From Minisyncoccota bacterium (GTDB lineage: Bacteria; Patescibacteriota; Minisyncoccia; Phycocordibacterales; CSBR16-193), in NCBI GenBank assembly GCA_040905715.1, contig JBBDRA010000003.1:135075-199074 (forward strand): a DNA stretch of 64,000 bases, written 5' to 3'. Within the stretch, counting starts at the first letter, position 1, and the number at the start of each line of letters is the position of its first letter. The notes beneath the pieces were generated by a model. The model did not search any database and had not been told where the DNA came from. It saw nothing but the letters and a program-made list of their open reading frames with translations. Of this stretch, positions 58,841 through 64,000 are shown piece after piece. Position numbers and translations under genes: made by a program.

Positions 58841-58922
58841 TGGGCGAGGCGGGAGTCGAACCCGCATCCGCATGGCGGACAGCATTTTAAGTGCTGCGTG
58901 TATACCATTCCACCACTCGCCC
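58841..58922 (-). tRNA. tRNA-Leu(TAA)
   Basis: GGGCGAG...CTCGCCC-A; anticodon loop CT-TAA-AA. Confidence 0.95.
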
Positions 58923-58940
58923 TATCGCTTTTTGCCTTTT

Positions 58941-59011
58941 CCTCCTAAGGCGGACCAGCCTCGGGCTGGCAATTCCCGACGCACCTAAAGCAGTTTAGAT
59001 GCTCCTCAACC
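58941..59011 (-). repeat. truncated tRNA-Cys mirror element abutting a 30-bp double-hairpin mini-repeat
   Basis: Minus strand: ggttgag-GA[gcatctaaa ctgc tttaggtgc]GT-cgggaat, then gccagcccgaggctggtccgccttaggagg. Confidence 0.7.
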
Positions 59012-59037
59012 ACTGCGAAAACCCGAAGGTTTTCTTG

Positions 59038-59109
59038 AGGCCGAGGCGGGAATCGAACCCGCGTGTAAGGGTTTTGCAAACCCGTGCCTTACCACTTGGC
59101 GACTCGGCC
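59038..59109 (-). tRNA. tRNA-Cys(GCA)
   Basis: GGCCGAG...CTCGGCC-T (U73); anticodon loop TT-GCA-AA. Confidence 0.95.
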
Positions 59110-59135
59110 GTCTGTCTCTATAACATCATACTGTA

Positions 59136-59459
59136 TCACAGATCTCGTGACACCTCCTCAATGCGCTGGCGATGTTTTTCGCCACGATCGAGTTCAACGC
59201 TCAGCCACGGAATACGACCAAGTTCAGTGTGAGATTTCATGTATTCTTTGAGCTCGTATATTTTTTTCTGGCCGAGAGCAACGATTTCATCGGTTCGCTC
59301 GTCAGGGAATACCGTAATGTAGATGGTTGCGTACTGGTAGTCGCTACTCACTTTTGTATTCGTCACTGTCACGAGGCAGTTAGTAGGGGTGACGTCATTA
59401 AAAAAAGCAGCAGCTTCGTGCTTTAAAAGTTCAGCTACTTGTTCCTGTCGGCGAGCCAT
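59136..59459 (-). CDS. rbfA: ribosome-binding factor A
   Basis: R...VAELL....A, VTVT..KVS.D...A.IY, R.IP.L....D; directly downstream of infB. Confidence 0.88.
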   Translation of the reverse strand: MARRQEQVAELLKHEAAAFFNDVTPTNCLVTVTNTKVSSDYQYATIYITVFPDERTDEIVALGQKKIYELKEYMKSHTELGRIPWLSVELDRGEKHRQRIEEVSRDL

Positions 59460-59477
59460 AACGAAGCAATTAAAACA

Positions 59478-60977
59478 TTATCTTTTAATAATGTCAAAAG
59501 CCTCAATGAAGTCTCCTGGCTGGATCTCGATCCGCGCCTCGATCTCTGTACCGAATTCCATTCCTTCTTCAACTTTTGATACGTCTGCTTTCTGTTGCTG
59601 AAGATTTTTTATGGTGCCTTTGGCTATCTCCGCCTCTCGTCGATAGATAGAGATCTTTTCGCCAACTTTGAGAACACCTTCCTCGACTCGACCGCCGAGA
59701 ACTTGCCTGTGTTTTGTTTGACTAAACCGTCGAAGAACTTTTGCTTTACCGGTAGTTTCTTTCTCCTCGATCGTTGGTGTGCGTCGTTCAACCGCTGTGG
59801 TAAGCCAATCAACAGCGTCATAGATAATATCAAATGTACCCATTTCGATATCATCGCGTTGCGCAATGGTTTTTGCAGTGTTGCTTATATCAATATTAAA
59901 ACCAACGATGATCGCTTTGTTGTTGGTCGATGCTAGCATGACGTCGTTTTCATTGACCGGACCGATACCTTTGTGAACGACATCGAGCCTCACTCGTTCA
60001 TTTTCAAGCTTCTTAAGTTCGTGACTCAACCCTTCAATGCCACCGGTTGTATCGGCTTTCAAAATGATCGGAATACTTTCTTGCTCGGGGTTACCTGCAT
60101 CTTCTGCTGGTCTATCAGTTCCTCCTGATAGCTGTTGTTCAATATCCTGCTCGGCCTCTTTCTTGTTTGCAACTGTTTTCCATTTTGCACCTGCTGCTGG
60201 CATGTCGCTCCAGCCGACAATGTTAACAGGTTGAGATAATGTTGCTTCATTAATGGATTCACCGCGAAAGTTTTCCATAATACGTACTGGGGCATACGTA
60301 GGTCCGGCGGTAACAAATACATTTTTAGTAAGTGTGCCGTTCGTCACAATAAGTGTTGCGGCTATGCCGCGCTTGGGATCACGTTTACTCTCGAGAACAA
60401 CGCCGGAAGCGGGTGCGGCCGGGTCAGCTGATAGTTCTTCCATTTCAGCTACCAGTCCGATCATTTCAAGTAGTCCGTCGATGCCGGTGCCTTTGAGTGC
60501 CGATATTTCAACGATCGGTACGTTGCCTCCGAATTGTTCAATATAGACCTCATGCTCAAGCAAGCTTTGTTTGGTTCGCTCAACGTCAGCGTTTTCCTTG
60601 TCGATCTTGTTAACTGCCACAATGTACGGGATCTCAGCTGCACGTATGGCATCGAGAGCTTCTTTGGTCTGTGGCTTCATACCGTCATCAGCGGCAACGA
60701 TGAGAATGGCAATGTCGGCAACCTCAGCTCCACGGGCACGGACACCTGAAAACGCTTCGTGGCCGGGTGTGTCCAAAAAGGTCATGCTGTGTTCCTTGCC
60801 GTCTGATCCGGTTGAGGTGACTTCGTATGCGGAAACGTGCTGGGTGATACCCCCGGCTTCACTGTCCACTACTTTGGTATGCCGAATAGTATCAAGTAGC
60901 GTGGATTTTCCGTGGTCGATATGGCCCATTACGGCTATGATCGGCGGTCGTGTTGTAGTAGAGGTGGTTGTACTCAT
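59478..60977 (-). CDS. infB: translation initiation factor IF-2 (short, lacking N-terminal domains)
   Basis: [40 protein letters not shown]; likely ATG at 60977. Confidence 0.96.
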   Translation of the reverse strand: MSTTTSTTTRPPIIAVMGHIDHGKSTLLDTIRHTKVVDSEAGGITQHVSAYEVTSTGSDGKEHSMTFLDTPGHEAFSGVRARGAEVADIAILIVAADDGMKPQTKEALDAIRAAEIPYIVAVNKIDKENADVERTKQSLLEHEVYIEQFGGNVPIVEISALKGTGIDGLLEMIGLVAEMEELSADPAAPASGVVLESKRDPKRGIAATLIVTNGTLTKNVFVTAGPTYAPVRIMENFRGESINEATLSQPVNIVGWSDMPAAGAKWKTVANKKEAEQDIEQQLSGGTDRPAEDAGNPEQESIPIILKADTTGGIEGLSHELKKLENERVRLDVVHKGIGPVNENDVMLASTNNKAIIVGFNIDISNTAKTIAQRDDIEMGTFDIIYDAVDWLTTAVERRTPTIEEKETTGKAKVLRRFSQTKHRQVLGGRVEEGVLKVGEKISIYRREAEIAKGTIKNLQQQKADVSKVEEGMEFGTEIEARIEIQPGDFIEAFDIIKR

Positions 60978-61022
60978 AGGTAGTAGTTTTTTATTCATCA
61001 AACACCCTCTTTCCTCCGGGTG

Positions 61023-61526
61023 TTACTTCTTGTTGCCTTGCGTTAGAACTCGGGCGAGGTCAATAACATTCTGTTCCTCCTCAGATAATTCCTGGTGGGG
61101 CTTAAAGCTCGTCACGCGCTTAGAGAAGACATTTGTTCGCTCGCGTGCATAAAGACTTGAGAGCACAATGCCATCACCGCGCTCAGAAATCAAGGCTGTA
61201 GCAAAACTATGGTTGCCACCAGACCCATCTCCGGCGAATGGATTGAACCGAACCGTTTCAACTCCACGAACAGCAGTTTGCATTCTATTTTCTAGATCAT
61301 TGATGTGGGTTTCTGTTTTTTCCCGAAATCCATTGAGTTTATCGAGGTTCTTGTAGATCGCAACTAATGTGTCCTCTAGAGTTTCAGCGTTTTTTGTAGC
61401 TAAGAGGATGCTGAATTTTCGCTCAATACGAATGATCCAGTAAATGAGGAATAGCACAAGTGCTACGAGAACAACAATAACAGCAATTACAAGAATATCG
61501 AGTGAAACAGGTAGGTCAATGTTCAT
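61023..61526 (-). CDS. DUF4446-like membrane-anchored protein
   Basis: TM and coiled coil, then VRFNPF...GGN.SF..AL....GDG.VLSSL..RE....FSK. Confidence 0.8.
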   Translation of the reverse strand: MNIDLPVSLDILVIAVIVVLVALVLFLIYWIIRIERKFSILLATKNAETLEDTLVAIYKNLDKLNGFREKTETHINDLENRMQTAVRGVETVRFNPFAGDGSGGNHSFATALISERGDGIVLSSLYARERTNVFSKRVTSFKPHQELSEEEQNVIDLARVLTQGNKK

Positions 61527-61788
61527 AGATGTGCAACAGAGTACGTGAAATGATTAAATATCCCCAATAGGATCGGGGAAGGCAAAACAAGGCCAATAAA
61601 GTCACTTTTGATTATATACGGGACACAACAGAAGTGCAATTCAGGGATATTCACGCGTACCCCATAACTAGAAAAATGGGTCTAAATATGATATAGTTTG
61701 AGTATAGAAAGAAGCGGGCGAATGACTTCCATGGCAGTGTGTCGGGTATGAATTATCTATTAACTAACGCATATTCTCAAAAATTGTT

Positions 61789-64000
61789 ATGAACATGCCT
61801 CCATTCCACAACTTTACAACAAAGGGCAAGGAAGCGATTCGCAAAGCGCACGAGCTTGCGATCGAGCGTGGGCAGAACCACGTGAACCCGCTCCACTTGC
61901 TTACGGCTCTGATTCTGCAGGAAGAGTCAATGGTGACATCGATCCTCGACAAACTCGAGATCGATACCATCATGCTGACCGATTCTCTGATTGAGCAGAT
62001 CGAGGCACCGGAGGCCGCTCACACTATGTCGCCGTCGTACCAGATCTACCTCACTCCTGAGCTGGCAACCATTATCGAGGATTCTGCTCGTATTGCTCAA
62101 GAGCTTGGCGATGAGTTTGTTTCAACCGAACACCTTTTTATCTCTACGATCGAATCGCCGGGCAATGCTAAAGAGATGCTGAATCAATTTCACATCGAAA
62201 AGGAGAGTGTATTGGCTGTACTTGAGGAGCTTAAGCACAGTTCAATGGTGGATACTGAGGAGACACCAAAGAAAAATAAGAATCTTGCCCGGTATACCCG
62301 CAATCTCACTCAGGAAGCGGCTGAAAATAAGATCGACCCGGTCATTGGACGAGAAGAGGAGATCGCTCGCATCATTCAGATCCTCTCACGACGCACAAAA
62401 AACAACCCAATGCTTATCGGTGAAGCCGGTGTCGGTAAGACCGCCATCGTCGAGGGTCTGGCAGCAAAAATTGCATCCGGGGATGTGCCGGAGTCATTGA
62501 AAGATAAGGAGATCGTTTCGCTCGACCTCGGTCTCTTGATCGCCGGTACGAAATACCGCGGAGAGTTCGAGGAGCGTCTTAAAAATATTATTAAAGAGGT
62601 CGAACGATCAGAAGGTCAGATCGTGCTCTTTATCGATGAGATCCACACGATCGTCGGTGCTGGTGCGGCTGACGGTTCGGTTGATGCTTCGAACATGCTT
62701 AAACCAGCGCTTGCTCGTGGAGGGTTGCGCGCTGTTGGGGCTACAACATTCAAGGAATATCAGCGTCATATTGAAAAAGATCCGGCACTCACTCGTCGTT
62801 TTCAGCCTGTGCATGTAAATGAGCCGACCGATGAAGACACTATTACGATTCTTCGTGGACTCAAGGAACGCTATGAGCTGTACCACGGTGTCGGTATCAC
62901 CGACGAATCTATCCGCTCAGCGGTGACGCTTTCGAGTCGATATATAACCGATCGTTTTCTGCCAGATAAGGCTGTTGATTTGATCGATGAATCTGCTTCA
63001 TATCTCAAGATCTCTCTTGAGAATATGCCGCCGCAACTTCAGGAAACTCACCAGCAGATCATGAAACTCGAGATCGAGCGAGAAGCTTTGAGAAAGGAAG
63101 CGGAAGAAAATAATAATAAAAAAGCAAAAACGCGTACGAAGCAAATTGATCGCGAGATCGCTGATCTGCGTGAGAAGACATCCGAGTTAGAATTGAAATG
63201 GAAGAACGAAAAGGAGACTGTGTCAGGTATTAAAGTAGATAAAGAACAGCTCGAACGGCTGCGCCTAGAAGCGGAAGCGGCAGAATCACAAGCTGACCTC
63301 ACGAAAGCCGCGGAGATTCGCTACGGAGCCATTCCGGCGATCGAAAAGGATCTGGAAAATAAAACAAAACGCCTCAAGCAACTTCAAAAAAGTCGACGGA
63401 TCCTGCATGAAGAGATCACAGGCGAGGATGTCGCAAGTGTGGTCTCACGCTGGACCGGTATCCCGGTAGCACGAATGCTTGAGGAGGAAGCAGAGAAACT
63501 TAATCGAATGGAAGAGATGCTCAAGGCTCGGGTTATTGGGCAGGAAGAGGCTGTCCAGAAAATAGCTGATACGGTTAAGCGATCGCGCGCAGGTATTGCT
63601 GATCCTAACCGACCGATCGGCTCGTTCATGTTCCTTGGTCCGACCGGTGTTGGAAAAACAGAGCTGACCAAGGCCCTTGCTGAATTTATGTTTGACGATG
63701 ATGAGGCATTGATCCGAGTTGATATGTCAGAGTTCATGGAGCGACACGCTGTGTCCAAGCTCGTCGGTTCACCTCCGGGATATGTAGGTCATGAAGAGGG
63801 TGGTAACTTAACCGAACAAGTACGCCATCGACCGTATTCGGTCATTCTTTTTGATGAGATCGAAAAAGCGCATCCGGAAGTGTTCAATATTCTACTTCAG
63901 GTGCTCGATAACGGTCACTTAACTGATGCAAAGGGAAAAAAGGTCAACTTTAAGAACACGGTTATTGTTATGACCTCAAACGTTGGAGCAAGCTATATTG
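61789..64000 (+). CDS. clpB: ATP-dependent chaperone ClpB (runs off the window end; absent from the ORF track)
   Basis: [12 protein letters not shown]..., [32 protein letters not shown], coiled-coil M domain, [25 protein letters not shown]. Confidence 0.95.
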   Translation, partial: MNMPPFHNFTTKGKEAIRKAHELAIERGQNHVNPLHLLTALILQEESMVTSILDKLEIDTIMLTDSLIEQIEAPEAAHTMSPSYQIYLTPELATIIEDSARIAQELGDEFVSTEHLFISTIESPGNAKEMLNQFHIEKESVLAVLEELKHSSMVDTEETPKKNKNLARYTRNLTQEAAENKIDPVIGREEEIARIIQILSRRTKNNPMLIGEAGVGKTAIVEGLAAKIASGDVPESLKDKEIVSLDLGLLIAGTKYRGEFEERLKNIIKEVERSEGQIVLFIDEIHTIVGAGAADGSVDASNMLKPALARGGLRAVGATTFKEYQRHIEKDPALTRRFQPVHVNEPTDEDTITILRGLKERYELYHGVGITDESIRSAVTLSSRYITDRFLPDKAVDLIDESASYLKISLENMPPQLQETHQQIMKLEIEREALRKEAEENNNKKAKTRTKQIDREIADLREKTSELELKWKNEKETVSGIKVDKEQLERLRLEAEAAESQADLTKAAEIRYGAIPAIEKDLENKTKRLKQLQKSRRILHEEITGEDVASVVSRWTGIPVARMLEEEAEKLNRMEEMLKARVIGQEEAVQKIADTVKRSRAGIADPNRPIGSFMFLGPTGVGKTELTKALAEFMFDDDEALIRVDMSEFMERHAVSKLVGSPPGYVGHEEGGNLTEQVRHRPYSVILFDEIEKAHPEVFNILLQVLDNGHLTDAKGKKVNFKNTVIVMTSNVGASYI

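Noticed and set aside
58224-58908. Several 70-97 aa ORFs across the tRNA cluster, and 34463..34765
   Set aside because: They overlap tRNA genes and palindromic elements, have no recognisable motifs, and are best explained as chance ORFs
59478-60977. Short IF-2 as a pseudogene
   Set aside because: G domain and C-terminal domains are intact; loss of the N-terminal region is a known compact form
1-64000. Alternative genetic code (TGA=Gly, code 25)
   Set aside because: Conserved genes are full length under code 11 and several end in TGA, including ATGA overlaps

Overview
This 64 kb window looks like the chromosome of a Patescibacteria (CPR), most likely Parcubacteria-type, bacterium using the standard code (TGA is a stop). 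The lineage is an inference from the short IF2 and ValRS, the array of small VirB2/TrbC-like pilins, a degenerate HisRS-like gene and mostly SD-less genes. The housekeeping backbone includes valS, tsaD, trxB-like, ftsZ, ftsA, ybeY, rpsU, lepB, pth, rpsA, gyrA, rbfA, infB and a partial clpB, plus 8 tRNA genes and a 1633-aa repeat-rich surface protein. An AT-rich island of about 22.9 kb starts at the 3' end of tRNA-Ser(CGA) and ends at a 20/22 copy of that 3' end (34729-34750). It carries a large serine recombinase, a small-molecule enzyme cassette (TPP E1 alpha/beta, PLP enzyme, two ATP-grasp proteins, NUDIX, methyltransferase, 2-hydroxyacid dehydrogenase, NDK-like), and a defence operon (type III-like Mod/Res, Zorya type II in the order zorB-zorA-zorE, a DUF2779-like nuclease). 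The most striking unexplained signal is a family of non-coding 'tRNA-mirror' elements. Downstream of tRNA-Lys, tRNA-Leu(TAA), tRNA-Cys (truncated copy) and, at the far end of the island, tRNA-Ser, there is an antisense copy of that same tRNA's acceptor/T-arm 3' end, split by a conserved GA-[hairpin]-GY insert. In the Ser, Lys and Leu copies this is followed by a hairpin-rich core and then a sense copy of the tRNA 3' end starting in the T-loop. All product calls come from reading motifs by eye; no database searches were run.
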